From Marmoricola sp. (GTDB taxonomy: Bacteria; Actinomycetota; Actinomycetes; Propionibacteriales; Nocardioidaceae), in assembly GCA_030151765.1 (NCBI GenBank), contig JASLCW010000020.1, positions 1 through 55,077 of the forward strand: a stretch of DNA of 55,077 nt, in the 5' to 3' direction. How positions within the stretch are numbered: the stretch's first letter is position 1; each line of letters starts with the position of its first letter. This document shows, piece after piece, positions 18,067-28,235 of this stretch. Position numbers and translations under genes: made by a program. Below the pieces are notes generated by a model that worked only from the letters and a program-made list of their open reading frames with translations, made no database searches and was not told the origin of the DNA.

Positions 18067-19267
18067 AGTCTTCTCCTGCTAACAGTGGGCGGCGGATGAC
18101 GAGGAAGGTCACGACGCACGTAAGGGCGATGTCCACAACGGCGGCGATGCTGACGGCGGTTTGCAGGGATGCAAGGTGGACGACGGCGCCGAGCAGGAGC
18201 GAGGATCCGGCCACCGCGACGAACGCAGCGGCGAAGTAGGCCGCCTGGATCTCGGCACGACGGTCGAGAGGTGCGATGGCGCCCGCGAGCGCCGCGGAGC
18301 TGAGCAGCCCGAGACCGGCTCCGACCCCCAGGACCGCGGCACCGGGTATGGCAAGCCAGGCACCACTCAGATGGATCGCCGCTCTGAGCAGCAGCCAGCC
18401 GCACGCGCCGATCGCACATCCCGCGACCAGGCCGGTCGTGATCGGGATGCGGCGCCCGAGGACCTGGGTCACTGCGACCAGTGCCAGCATGAGTGACACG
18501 AGGCCGCCCGCCGCCGCCGATGGGGTCCACCCGACGGCGTCGGCGACCTGTGGGCCAAGGCTGCCCATTGCTCCGAATGCCACGTTGGTCGCGGTGACCG
18601 CTGTGGCGGCCGCCGCGTACGAGGCCCACAGCGGCCGCGGGACCCGAGTCGGCTGCAGTAGCCGACGGCCGCGCATGCGCGGCTCGGAGAGTGACGCGGT
18701 CGCCAACAGGAGGGCCGCGGCCAGGGTCGGCAGACCGATGACGATGTACGGCGTGACCAGGGGGCGGGGCAGCTCGCTCGCCACCACCCCGGCGAGTCCC
18801 GGGCCGAGCGCGATGCCGCTGGAGATGACGAGTGTGAATCGAGACGATCCGGCCCGGACTCCGCGCGGATGCAGGTCGAGCATGGACGCAGCCCCGGCGC
18901 TCGCCGCGATTCCGGTGCCCATGCCTTGCAGAACTCGGCCGGCGACGAGCACCTCGTAAGCAGGAGCCGTCGCCAGCACTGCCAGGGAGAGCAGGATCAG
19001 TGCGGCGGCAGCGCGCAGGGTGGGCAGTCGGCCGATGCGATCGGAGAGTCCGCCGACGGTGATCAGCACGATGAGGACACCCACGGCATAGGCCGAGAAG
19101 ACCACGCTCACCTGGGACGAGGACAGCAACCATTCGTCGGCGTACCGAGGATACAAAGGAGTGGGTGTGAAATTCGCGGCCATTGCGCAGAAGAGCAAGG
19201 CCGCTGTTCCTTGGGTTGCGCGTACCCGGCCCCGGTGCGCAACGTCAGCATCGGCCACGGAGGTCAC
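18047..19267 (-). CDS. MFS transporter
   Basis: PTPLYP, GGLSDRIGR motif A, GRVLQG; about 12 hydrophobic segments. Confidence 0.9.
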   Translation of the reverse strand: MTSVADADVAHRGRVRATQGTAALLFCAMAANFTPTPLYPRYADEWLLSSSQVSVVFSAYAVGVLIVLITVGGLSDRIGRLPTLRAAAALILLSLAVLATAPAYEVLVAGRVLQGMGTGIAASAGAASMLDLHPRGVRAGSSRFTLVISSGIALGPGLAGVVASELPRPLVTPYIVIGLPTLAAALLLATASLSEPRMRGRRLLQPTRVPRPLWASYAAAATAVTATNVAFGAMGSLGPQVADAVGWTPSAAAGGLVSLMLALVAVTQVLGRRIPITTGLVAGCAIGACGWLLLRAAIHLSGAWLAIPGAAVLGVGAGLGLLSSAALAGAIAPLDRRAEIQAAYFAAAFVAVAGSSLLLGAVVHLASLQTAVSIAAVVDIALTCVVTFLVIRRPLLAGEDCATLAD

Positions 19268-20220
19268 TGCGGCGTCGTCTCGCCGTCCAGCAGTAACAGC
19301 CCGAGGTCATAGCGGGTGTCGAAGCGAACGGCACGCCGTGGTGCCCCTGCCCACTCGAGCTCGCCGGTCCCGCCGACGACACCATGATCACCGGCCAGGA
19401 GCCGATCGACCAGTTCGTCGAGGTGATCGACGAGGAGTCCGGCGAGAACACGGCGCTGACCCTCAGGCTCCAAGGGCAGCGGGGCACCGCCTTCGTCGAT
19501 CGGGCAGGCGAACTCCAAGCGGGCGTTGCGCGAGCCCGGTCCGCGATAGAGCGCGGCTTCCAGACCCGCGCCGGGTAGGAGGTCCAGCATCTCTTCGACC
19601 GCCGGGCCGGCGAAGACGCCGTGTAGGTACTCATTGCCGCCCAGCGTCACCGAAGCGAAGTCCCGGGCGGCGGCAAGGTCGGGAGTCAGTACGACGACCG
19701 CGACCGTCTCACTCGAGTAGCCGTCCGGCTCAGTGCCGAGGATCGAGCGGGTCCCCTTTGGCCGGTGCTGAACCAGGGCGTGCAGGAGCCCGCTGTGGTG
19801 CTGCACGAGCATCCGCTCGCGCACCGGGATCGTGGTGCCGGGAAGGTCGTAGTGCACCGCGGGGGAGGTGAAGGCCCACCCGCCCTCGGCAAGCTTCGCC
19901 TCGGTCGCCGCGGCGTCGCGAAGGTAGAAGTCGAGCGCGTAGACCCCGCGCTTCCGAGGTGCAATGGCGTCCATGACCGGTTGCGTCGCGGTGCCCGACT
20001 CGGCGAGCAGGATGTCTCCGCCGACACGGGGGCCGCGGGAGAGATGTACCAGTCGGGACACACTCCCCGGCGCACCGAGAAGTGATGCAGCCGTGGTGTC
20101 CGGGGCATCGTCGACGGCGACGTCGAAGCCGAGCAGGTCGCCGTACAGCTCGATCAACGGCTCCGCATCGGGTACGACCAGGACGAGTACGTCCATGCCA
20201 TCGAAGCCGCGGTCGAACAC
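19264..20220 (-). CDS. VOC/glyoxalase-fold protein, probably two domains
   Basis: LVVPDAEPLIELYGDLLGF and VLTPDLAAARDFASVTLG are two VOC-type starts. Confidence 0.55.
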   Translation of the reverse strand: MFDRGFDGMDVLVLVVPDAEPLIELYGDLLGFDVAVDDAPDTTAASLLGAPGSVSRLVHLSRGPRVGGDILLAESGTATQPVMDAIAPRKRGVYALDFYLRDAAATEAKLAEGGWAFTSPAVHYDLPGTTIPVRERMLVQHHSGLLHALVQHRPKGTRSILGTEPDGYSSETVAVVVLTPDLAAARDFASVTLGGNEYLHGVFAGPAVEEMLDLLPGAGLEAALYRGPGSRNARLEFACPIDEGGAPLPLEPEGQRRVLAGLLVDHLDELVDRLLAGDHGVVGGTGELEWAGAPRRAVRFDTRYDLGLLLLDGETTPQ

Positions 20221-20428
20221 ATCGCCTCCTGGGTGCGATCAGCCGTGACCTGCTGCCCACGACTCCGGCGAGAGAAATTGTCTGAGGTTTAGTCTCTGAC
20301 TGGTTCAAGGTGCCGGATGAGAGCAGGAGATGTCAATGACTCCGGGTCGCTCCCATGCCTCGATCCGTCGATTTTCCGCCTTAAACGGGGCGATCGCTGA
20401 GGTTATTGAGATCGATCTCGGCAACCTC

Positions 20429-20471
20429 TTGCGCTGGTGAGGTGAGTCACTCTACCTTATGTCTGACATAT
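20429..20471 (+). promoter_or_regulatory. Candidate promoter with FadR/GntR-type operator TATGTCTGACATA
   Basis: TTGCGC-18-TACCTT, followed by the perfect dyad TATGTC-T-GACATA at 20458-20470. Confidence 0.65.
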
Positions 20472-20515
20472 CGCTGGATCCGCGCACGCACACAGCGCGC
20501 AGGACGGAGAAGAAG

Positions 20516-22123
20516 ATGGCCACGAGATTCACCAGGCGCGTCGGGATCGCCATCACGGCGCTCGCACTAGCCGCATCCTTGGCAGCCTGTGGGGGGAACG
20601 GCAATGGCAGTGCATCGAAGTCGGGAGACACCCTGACGGTGGCTTGGTCGTCTACGCCGGCCCAGATGGATCCCAATGTGTTCACCGGCCTGACCTGGGT
20701 GTACGCGCTCGACGCCAGTATGGGAACCCTCCTCGAGTACGACACCTCGGTTCCGGACGACAAACTGATCACAACCAAGGACGTCGTACCGTCGCTGGCC
20801 GAGAGCTGGAAGGCCAATAGCGCCCAGACGTCGTACACGATCAAACTCCGCAAGGGGGTCAAGAGCCCGTACGGCAACGAGATGACGGCCGACGACGTCG
20901 TCTATTCGTTCGAGCGGATGTACAGCAACCCTGCGGACCTCCAGTCGGCGATCCTGCTCAAGACCGCGAACGTCGACCCCAAGAAGCCGATCGAGAAGAT
21001 CGACGACTACACCGTGCGGTACAACCTCACCGCGCCCTCCGCGCTCGCTCTGTCGGTGTTGGCGTACCCGTTGATCGGCATCCTGGACTCCACGGAGGTC
21101 AAGAAGCACGCCACCAGCGGCGACCCGTGGGCCGGCAAGTGGCTGGCCACGCACACGGCCAGCTTCGGTCCGTACCAGATGGAGTCGATCGACCCGGGCA
21201 CGGAGTTGCGATTCAAGGCCAACCCCAACTACACGGGCAAGCTCGGCTTCAAGAACCTCATCATCCGGGCGGTCCCCGAGGCCTCCTCGCGGGTGCAGCT
21301 GCTGCTTGCCGGCGACGTGGACATGATTTCGGAGCCCCCGATCGATCAGCTCAAGACCATCGAGTCCAGCAGCACCGCTGCCGTCTCTCAGCAGCCGGAC
21401 ACCAACCGCCACAACTTCACCGTGTCGGAGAAGAGCAAGACGCTTTCGAATCCGCTCGTTCGGCAGGCTCTCAACTACGCGATCAACCGACAGGGCATCG
21501 TCGACTCGATCTACCAGGGCTATGCCAAGCCGGCGACGACGCCGGCGGCGAGTTCGCTCTACCCCGGTCAGCCGTCAATGGGCACCTACGACCCGAAGCG
21601 TGCCAAGGCCCTGCTCGCAGAGGCCGGCTACCCCAACGGGTTCAACATGACCCTGACCTATAACACCGAGCGGCCGGGCCCGTACGCCGAGAACCTCGCC
21701 CGACTGATCCAGAGCGATCTGAAGGCTGTGGGCATCAATGTGCAGACCCAGGCGGTCCCGTCCAACACCGACTTCGAGGCCGGCGTCTCCGACCAGAAGT
21801 ACGAGGCCTATCTCTACACCGAGCGCCCGGCTCTTCCGGAAATCGGCTATGACCTGTTCTTGTATCTCGGATCGACCTCCGCGTTGAACAAGTCCGGCTA
21901 CGACAACCCTGCCTTCGACAAGGCAGTGGAGCAGGTGCTGGTCAGTGCACCCGGCCCGAAGCGTGACGGGTTCATCAAGAACGCGATGGACATGCTCGTC
22001 AAGAACGACCCGCTGATCTCGCTGGTGGAGCTCCCCGACCTGGTGGGTATCTCCAAGACGGTCGCGGGCTACCACGCGATCCCGACCGGCGGTTGGCCCT
22101 TCCAGGACCTCAGCAGGAAGTGA
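20516..22123 (+). CDS. ABC transporter substrate-binding lipoprotein, peptide/nickel family
   Basis: Lipobox LAAC; PSLAESW...LRKGVK...TADDVVYSFER; VRQALNYAINR. Confidence 0.92.
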   Translation: MATRFTRRVGIAITALALAASLAACGGNGNGSASKSGDTLTVAWSSTPAQMDPNVFTGLTWVYALDASMGTLLEYDTSVPDDKLITTKDVVPSLAESWKANSAQTSYTIKLRKGVKSPYGNEMTADDVVYSFERMYSNPADLQSAILLKTANVDPKKPIEKIDDYTVRYNLTAPSALALSVLAYPLIGILDSTEVKKHATSGDPWAGKWLATHTASFGPYQMESIDPGTELRFKANPNYTGKLGFKNLIIRAVPEASSRVQLLLAGDVDMISEPPIDQLKTIESSSTAAVSQQPDTNRHNFTVSEKSKTLSNPLVRQALNYAINRQGIVDSIYQGYAKPATTPAASSLYPGQPSMGTYDPKRAKALLAEAGYPNGFNMTLTYNTERPGPYAENLARLIQSDLKAVGINVQTQAVPSNTDFEAGVSDQKYEAYLYTERPALPEIGYDLFLYLGSTSALNKSGYDNPAFDKAVEQVLVSAPGPKRDGFIKNAMDMLVKNDPLISLVELPDLVGISKTVAGYHAIPTGGWPFQDLSRK

Positions 22124-23196
22124 CGAACGTGGCCGCGAGTGCAATTGCGCCGGTGACCGCCCCGGTCAAGCCCAGGCGAGCCCTGGGACGCGCTCAGCTG
22201 GTGCTCTCCCGGCTGCTCTTCCTGGTGGTCGCGCTCTTCGGGGTGGTGACGCTGTCCTTCTTGCTGGTCAGCGTCACCCCCGGAGACCCGGCCCAAACGA
22301 TCGCCGGACCCCTGGCCGGTCCGGCGCAGGTTGCGGCCGTCCGGACCGACCTCGGTCTCGACAAGCCCATCCTGGAGCGCTATGTGGACTACATGGGCGG
22401 GCTGGCCCATGGCGACCTCGGGACGTCGTACTACTCCAAGCAGCCCGTGGCAAAGGAGATCCGCGACAAGCTGCCGCCGAGCCTGCTCCTGATCGTGCTG
22501 TCGATCCTCGTCGCTGCAGCGATCGGGATCCTCGTCGGTGTCATCGGCGCCTATTTCCGGGGTCGCTGGCCCGACCGGGTGACTCGCATCGGAACAGGAA
22601 TCTTCCAGGCCGTGCCGGACTTCCTGCTCGGTCTTCTACTGATCTACTTCCTGTTCTTCGTGCTGCGGATCGCTCCGGCACCAACCGGCCAGCTCGGACT
22701 GGCCGATATGGCGCCGTCCAAGGTGACCGGCCTGATCCCGCTGGACGCGCTGATCGCAGGTGACCTGACGACCTTCTGGTCCGCGATGAGTCGCTATCTG
22801 CTGCCGGTGCTCACCCTGGGCCTGGTGTACGCCGCCTATTTCGCGAAGACGGCGCGCAGCACTGTTGGAAAGGCGCTGAACTCCCAGCAGGCGCAGTTCG
22901 CCCGTGCTCTCGGCCTGCCCGAACGGACCGTGGTGCGCTACGCGTTCGTGGAGTCGCGTACGACGATCGTGACCTATGCGGGCGTGATCTTCGCGACGCT
23001 CTTCGGGGGCGAGGCGATCGTCGAGAGGATCTTTGCCTGGGACGGCTTCGGACAGTGGGCGCTGCAGGGAATCCTGCGTCTCGACATCCCGGTCGTCCAG
23101 GGCACGGTCCTGGTCGCCGGGTCAATCACGCTGATCACCTACACCTTGCTCGACGTCGTCGTCGGGCTGCTCGACCCGAGGATCTCCCGTGCCTGA
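22120..23196 (+). CDS. ABC transporter permease (DppB-like)
   Basis: PGDPA, GDLGTSY, FARALGL, ERIFAWDGFG, LDPRI. Confidence 0.92.
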   Translation: MTNVAASAIAPVTAPVKPRRALGRAQLVLSRLLFLVVALFGVVTLSFLLVSVTPGDPAQTIAGPLAGPAQVAAVRTDLGLDKPILERYVDYMGGLAHGDLGTSYYSKQPVAKEIRDKLPPSLLLIVLSILVAAAIGILVGVIGAYFRGRWPDRVTRIGTGIFQAVPDFLLGLLLIYFLFFVLRIAPAPTGQLGLADMAPSKVTGLIPLDALIAGDLTTFWSAMSRYLLPVLTLGLVYAAYFAKTARSTVGKALNSQQAQFARALGLPERTVVRYAFVESRTTIVTYAGVIFATLFGGEAIVERIFAWDGFGQWALQGILRLDIPVVQGTVLVAGSITLITYTLLDVVVGLLDPRISRA

Positions 23197-24082
23197 GCTG
23201 ACTACGCCGCATCTCTCCCTGACCGCCGAGTCCTTGCCGGAGATTCATGACGCAACGCGAGTGCATCGACTGATGCGGCTCGTCCGCAGCCACAAGGCGG
23301 CCACCCTCGGCGTCGCGTTCATCGTGGTGCTCGTACTAGCTAGCCTGGTCGCACCGCTGCCCTACGGGCCCGGCGAGACGGACTCGTCGAACACTCTTGC
23401 CGCCCCGTCAGGGGCTCACTGGTTCGGTACCGACGCGACCGGCGCCGACGTGTTCTCCAGGGTGGTCGCCGCCGCGAGGACGGATCTGTCCCTGGCGCTC
23501 CTCGGCACCGTGCTGTCGCTGGCTGTCGGCGTGCTCCTTGGTCTCGCCGCGAGTACCAAGGGGAAGGGCAGCGAGCGTCTGGTGCGCGGACTCGACGCCT
23601 TCCAGGCTTTCCCGCTCCTCATCCTGGCGCTGGCCCTGGTCTCGCTGTCCGGCAACAAGCTGTACATGGTCGTTGTGGCGATCGCGCTGATCAACATGCC
23701 CCGCTACATGCGGCTGCTGCGTAGCGAGATCCTCTCATTGCGTGAGGCGCGCTTCATCGAAGCCGCGACCGCGGTGGGCGCCTCGCCCCTGCGCATCACC
23801 CTCCGGCACATCCTGCCGAACACCTGGGGGGTGATCCTGGTACAGACCTCGCTCACCGTGGCGAACGCAATCGTGGTGATCGCCTCGCTCTCCTTCCTGG
23901 GAGTAGGTGTGAATGCTTCCACTGCGTCATGGGGATCGATGATCCGGGACGGTTCGGGGAACATGGCCTCGGGCGAGTGGTGGATCACCACCTTCCCGGG
24001 CATCGCCGTGATCTTGTGTGTCATCTCCTTCAACCTGTTGGCCGATGCGATCGGCGATGCGACGTCGAGGAGCTTCCGGTGA
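23189..24082 (+). CDS. ABC transporter permease (DppC-like)
   Basis: HWFGTDATGADVFSR, FIEAATAVGA, LSFLGVG. Confidence 0.92.
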   Translation: MPELTTPHLSLTAESLPEIHDATRVHRLMRLVRSHKAATLGVAFIVVLVLASLVAPLPYGPGETDSSNTLAAPSGAHWFGTDATGADVFSRVVAAARTDLSLALLGTVLSLAVGVLLGLAASTKGKGSERLVRGLDAFQAFPLLILALALVSLSGNKLYMVVVAIALINMPRYMRLLRSEILSLREARFIEAATAVGASPLRITLRHILPNTWGVILVQTSLTVANAIVVIASLSFLGVGVNASTASWGSMIRDGSGNMASGEWWITTFPGIAVILCVISFNLLADAIGDATSRSFR

Positions 24083-24942
24083 CCGACAACTCTTTAAGCC
24101 GGAGTAGCGCCGACGCACACTCCGCCCAGCCCGGCGGGCCGGTTCTGGAGGTCGAGGGCCTCGACGTACGAATCGACACGCCTGAGGGCGAGGTGCACCC
24201 GGTTCGTGGCGTGGACCTCGTCGTTCATCGAGGCGAGATCGTCGGCATCGTGGGCGAATCGGGCTGCGGCAAGTCGACCACCGTCAAGGGGATCCTCAGG
24301 CTGCTCGGGCCGACCAGCAGCGTGACCGCCGACCGCATATCGCTCGGCGGTCTCGACCTGCTGGCCGCGAAACCGAGCGCGATTCGCGAGATCAGGGGAA
24401 ACCGGATCGGCTTCGTCGCGCAAAATCCCTTCGGATCGCTCAACCCCATCTACTCGATCGAACGGCAGTTCCGCGAACTGCACCGGGCTCATGGCCGCAA
24501 GCTGAGCAAGGCCGAGAACCGCGAGATCGCCTTGGCGATGCTCGGAGGCGTCGGGATCGTCAACCCGGCGCGGGTGCTCGACGGCTATGCCCACCAGTTG
24601 TCGGGCGGGATGGCGCAACGCGTGGTGATCGCTCTTGCCACCACCCTGTCACCGGAGTTGCTGATCGCCGACGAGCCGACCACGGGGCTCGACGCGACCG
24701 TGCAGGCCCAGATCATGGACCTCATGGCGCGAGTGGTCGGCGAGGGCAGGTCGATGCTCCTGGTGACCCACGATCTCGGTGTCATCGCGCAGTACTGCCA
24801 GCGAGTGATCGTGATGTACGACGGCATCGTGGTTGAGCACGGAGATGTGATGGACGTGATGGTCGCGCCACAGCACGAGTACACCCGGAAGCTGATCGGC
24901 TCGGTGCCGAAGACAGGGGAGAAGCTCCATGTCGCTCGTTGA
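24079..24942 (+). CDS. ABC transporter ATP-binding protein (DppD-like)
   Basis: GESGCGKS, LSGGMAQR, LIADEPTT; GTG overlaps the permease stop. Confidence 0.93.
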   Translation: MTDNSLSRSSADAHSAQPGGPVLEVEGLDVRIDTPEGEVHPVRGVDLVVHRGEIVGIVGESGCGKSTTVKGILRLLGPTSSVTADRISLGGLDLLAAKPSAIREIRGNRIGFVAQNPFGSLNPIYSIERQFRELHRAHGRKLSKAENREIALAMLGGVGIVNPARVLDGYAHQLSGGMAQRVVIALATTLSPELLIADEPTTGLDATVQAQIMDLMARVVGEGRSMLLVTHDLGVIAQYCQRVIVMYDGIVVEHGDVMDVMVAPQHEYTRKLIGSVPKTGEKLHVAR

Positions 24943-25762
24943 GGTCCGCGATGTCCACAAGACCTTCCCGTCGAGGCAGCGTGGCGGCGCTCCTGTCCAG
25001 GCCCTGCGTGGTGTGTCCTTCACAGTGGCAGAGGGTGAAACCCTTGCCATCATCGGCGAGAGTGGCTCCGGCAAGTCGACGCTCGGTAGGGCGGTCCTGC
25101 GGCTGCTCGAGGTCGACTCTGGAACGGTGAGCTTCGATGGCAAGGATCTCGGGGCGATGGATCGCAAGGAACTCCGGGCCCAACGGGCCGAGATGCAGGT
25201 GGTCTTCCAGGAGCCCTACGAGTCTCTCAACCCTCGCATGTCAATCGAGTCGATCGTCGCCGAGCCGCTCCAGATCCACCGCTCCGAGCTCGACAAGTCC
25301 GCGACCCGTCGGCTCGTGCGGGAGGCCATGGACAGGGTCGGATTGCCCGTCAGTTCGCTATCCCGCCTGCCCGGTGAGCTCTCAGGCGGTCAGCAGCAGC
25401 GCGTTGGCATCGCCAGAGCCATTGTGAGTCGACCCCGCTTCGTCGTGCTCGACGAGCCGACGTCCTCACTCGACCTCTCCATCCGAGCGCAGATCCTCGC
25501 GCTGCTCGCGGAACTGCAACAGGATCTCGGTCTCGCCTATCTGTTCGTTTCGCACGACATGCACACCGTCGAGTGGGTGAGTGACCGGGTCGCGGTGATG
25601 TATCTGGGCGAGTTCGTGGAGATCGGTCCGACCGCGAAGGTCTTCGGCGAGCCGCAGCACGAATACACACGAACGCTGTTGTCCGCCCGGCTGTCCGCCG
25701 ACCCGCGCGAGAAGCACGCCTACCGGGCCTTCCCCGGTGACACCGACGTTGTCACGGTCTGA
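24929..25762 (+). CDS. ABC transporter ATP-binding protein (DppF-like)
   Basis: GESGSGKS, LSGGQQQR, VLDEPTS. Confidence 0.93.
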   Translation: MSLVEVRDVHKTFPSRQRGGAPVQALRGVSFTVAEGETLAIIGESGSGKSTLGRAVLRLLEVDSGTVSFDGKDLGAMDRKELRAQRAEMQVVFQEPYESLNPRMSIESIVAEPLQIHRSELDKSATRRLVREAMDRVGLPVSSLSRLPGELSGGQQQRVGIARAIVSRPRFVVLDEPTSSLDLSIRAQILALLAELQQDLGLAYLFVSHDMHTVEWVSDRVAVMYLGEFVEIGPTAKVFGEPQHEYTRTLLSARLSADPREKHAYRAFPGDTDVVTV

Positions 25763-25786
25763 GGGCCGAGAAGGAGAGATCAGGGC

Positions 25787-26617
25787 ATGTCAGAACAGGT
25801 CACCGTCGTCGACAACGAATCGATTCCGTGGGTCAACGGAGGAGAAGTCTTCGCCACGATGGAGCCGGCATTCCGCGACAACCTGGGTGAGGATCCGCAA
25901 CGGGTACAGGCGTTGCTCTCGAAATACTGGATGAAGCAGTTGTGGATCGACGACAGCAGTCGACGCATCGACCACGTTCGCACTGAGCCCGGATATGTGG
26001 ACCTCAGCGAGGCGTACCACGACAGCGTGGAGGAGGCCTACTTCCTCCACGGTCAGGTCGACCTCAGCGCTGAGGGCGCCTTCACCGCCGGGGACTACTT
26101 CTGGCGACCTCCGGGCTGGGTGCACATGGCGCGGGCACCTGAAGGCTTCGAGACGATTCTGATGATGGAGGGCGAGGATCCTTCGGAGGGAAGCGGCCGC
26201 GTCTCACGTGTCGTGCGTCCGGACGAGGAGGCGGGTCACAATCCGCGGCCGACGCCTAATGACGGGTTGGGGCCGCGTGGATACGTTCGCCGGATGGAGA
26301 CTCGGCACATGGTCTGGCGGCGTCATGACGACACGACCACGGGCCTGGGCGACAGGTCGCTGCGAAGCAGGTTGCTCAGTCTCAACGAGGACACGGGTGC
26401 CCGCAGCGTCCTGGTCCGGCTCCCCGCGGGATGGTCCTCGGCGCCGGCGGTCTCCGATCGGGTCCGCTTCTGGATTCCGGTGTCGGGCACCGTGTCGGTC
26501 GACGGTCGCGCCCTGTCGCCGTGTTCGCTGATCCGAGTTCCTGCAGATACGCCGGCGCCAGGTCTGAGAGCCGACGGTGAGGTCGACCTGCTCGTCAAGG
26601 TGGGGGCGGGGCGATGA
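25787..26617 (+). CDS. Bicupin-like protein (DUF4437-like), function unknown
   Basis: YHDSVEEAYFLHG...GDYFWRPPGWVH cupin motifs; a second degenerate domain begins SRLLSLNEDTGARSVLV; GAAGGAG RBS. Confidence 0.6.
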   Translation: MSEQVTVVDNESIPWVNGGEVFATMEPAFRDNLGEDPQRVQALLSKYWMKQLWIDDSSRRIDHVRTEPGYVDLSEAYHDSVEEAYFLHGQVDLSAEGAFTAGDYFWRPPGWVHMARAPEGFETILMMEGEDPSEGSGRVSRVVRPDEEAGHNPRPTPNDGLGPRGYVRRMETRHMVWRRHDDTTTGLGDRSLRSRLLSLNEDTGARSVLVRLPAGWSSAPAVSDRVRFWIPVSGTVSVDGRALSPCSLIRVPADTPAPGLRADGEVDLLVKVGAGR

Positions 26618-27432
26618 ACTCGTCGATTCGACGGAGGTACGTCGATACTTCCTGGGGTCAGATACACGTGCTGACTGCCGGTACCGATGGCCCGTGGATC
26701 GGGCTCTTCCACGAGTCGCCACTGTCGTCGCAGGTCTTCGTCGAAGCGATGACTGAGCTGGCGCCGCATGCTCGCGTGATCGCCTTCGATACTCCCGGGT
26801 ACGGAGCCTCGGATCCTCCGGACGGGCCTGGTCACGAGATCCCCGAGTACGCCGCGGTCCTCGCCGAGGCGGCCGTCGAGCTCGGCATGGCCGATGTTGT
26901 CTTCGCCGGTGTACACACCGGTGCCTCGCTCGCGATCGAGGTCGCCCATCGGTTCCCTGGCGGGGTCGCAGGCGTCGTACTCAGCGGCGTGGCGCTCTAC
27001 GATGACGTCGAGCGGGCCGAGCAGATCAGCGGCTGGACACCTCCTGTGCCCGCCGACACGGACGGCGCCGAGTTCGACTGGGCCGTCGAGCGGTACCGAC
27101 GCATCTGGCCTGAACTCACCCCTGACCTCCTCCACACAGCGGTCGTGGAGCTGTTGCGAGTCAGGGATCGCTACGACTGGGGCTACCAGGCCGCGTTCCG
27201 ACACGACCCGGCCGAACCGCTGGCAGCCCTCGACGTACCGGTCCTGTTGCTCGATGCCGAATTCGACCTGCTCGCCGACAAGGATGCTCGCGCGCTCGAG
27301 TTGGCCAAGGACGCCCGGCTGGTGGTCCTCTCCGGACTGCCTGGCCAGCCGCATCTTCGCCGGCCGGGCGAGTACGCCGCCCACGTGGTTGAGTTCGCCC
27401 GAGGCCTGGCGGCGCCCGGGGTCGGCGCATGA
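26614..27432 (+). CDS. Alpha/beta hydrolase-fold protein with GVHTG elbow
   Basis: RRYVDTSWGQIH, FHESPLSS, FDTPGYGASD, AGVHTGAS. Confidence 0.85.
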   Translation: MNSSIRRRYVDTSWGQIHVLTAGTDGPWIGLFHESPLSSQVFVEAMTELAPHARVIAFDTPGYGASDPPDGPGHEIPEYAAVLAEAAVELGMADVVFAGVHTGASLAIEVAHRFPGGVAGVVLSGVALYDDVERAEQISGWTPPVPADTDGAEFDWAVERYRRIWPELTPDLLHTAVVELLRVRDRYDWGYQAAFRHDPAEPLAALDVPVLLLDAEFDLLADKDARALELAKDARLVVLSGLPGQPHLRRPGEYAAHVVEFARGLAAPGVGA

Positions 27433-28235
27433 CCGAGGTGCGATGGTCCACGGCAGACCAAGTGATGCGGGTGCTGCTGGACGGCGAGGACACCATGAAC
27501 TCGCTCAATCCGGGCGTACTCGACGGCCTGAACCGGATGATGGACGCTGCCGAGGCAGATCGATCCCTGCGCGCGGTGGTGATCACCGGTGCCGGTGAGA
27601 AGGCATTCAGCGTGGGTATGGACCTGACCTTCCTGGGGCGATGTTTCGAAGATCCGGACGGCGTGTTCCTGCCCTTTCTCGACGGGTTCCACGCGACACT
27701 TCGTCGGCTGGAGCGCCTGCCAGTCCCCGTCGTAGCTCGCGTCAACGGGCTGGCCCGGGCCGGTGGCTTCGAGCTCATCCTCGCCTGTGACCTCGTAGTG
27801 GCTGCCGATGAGGCGAAGGTGGGTGACATCCACATCGACTTCGGAGTGCCTCCGGGCGCCGGATCCAGTCAGCGCGCGGCACGGAAACTCGGTGACCAGA
27901 AGGCGAAGGCCCTGATGCTGACGCCGTTGTGGTTGGACGGGCCGGAGATGGTCCGGTGGGGTCTGGCGCTCGCAACCACACCTCGCGCCGGGCTGGACGA
28001 CGCGGTCGAGGGACTGTTGGCCGGCCTGCGCGGTCGGTCCCGGCCGGTTATCGCGATGGTCAAGCACCTGGTCTCGGCGCCGGGAGAACTCAGCCTCGAC
28101 GACGGTCTGCGGCTGGAACGCGAGATGTTCGAGAGATTCGTCCACGAGGCTCCCGATGCTGCGGAGGGCTATGCCGCCTATGTTGAGAAGCGATCACCGG
28201 TCTGGGGGGACGCCGATGTCAGCGCATTTGTCTGA
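27429..28235 (+). CDS. Enoyl-CoA hydratase/isomerase (crotonase) family
   Basis: AFSVGMDL, VNGLARAGGFELILACD, FGVPPGAG. Confidence 0.9.
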   Translation: MTEVRWSTADQVMRVLLDGEDTMNSLNPGVLDGLNRMMDAAEADRSLRAVVITGAGEKAFSVGMDLTFLGRCFEDPDGVFLPFLDGFHATLRRLERLPVPVVARVNGLARAGGFELILACDLVVAADEAKVGDIHIDFGVPPGAGSSQRAARKLGDQKAKALMLTPLWLDGPEMVRWGLALATTPRAGLDDAVEGLLAGLRGRSRPVIAMVKHLVSAPGELSLDDGLRLEREMFERFVHEAPDAAEGYAAYVEKRSPVWGDADVSAFV

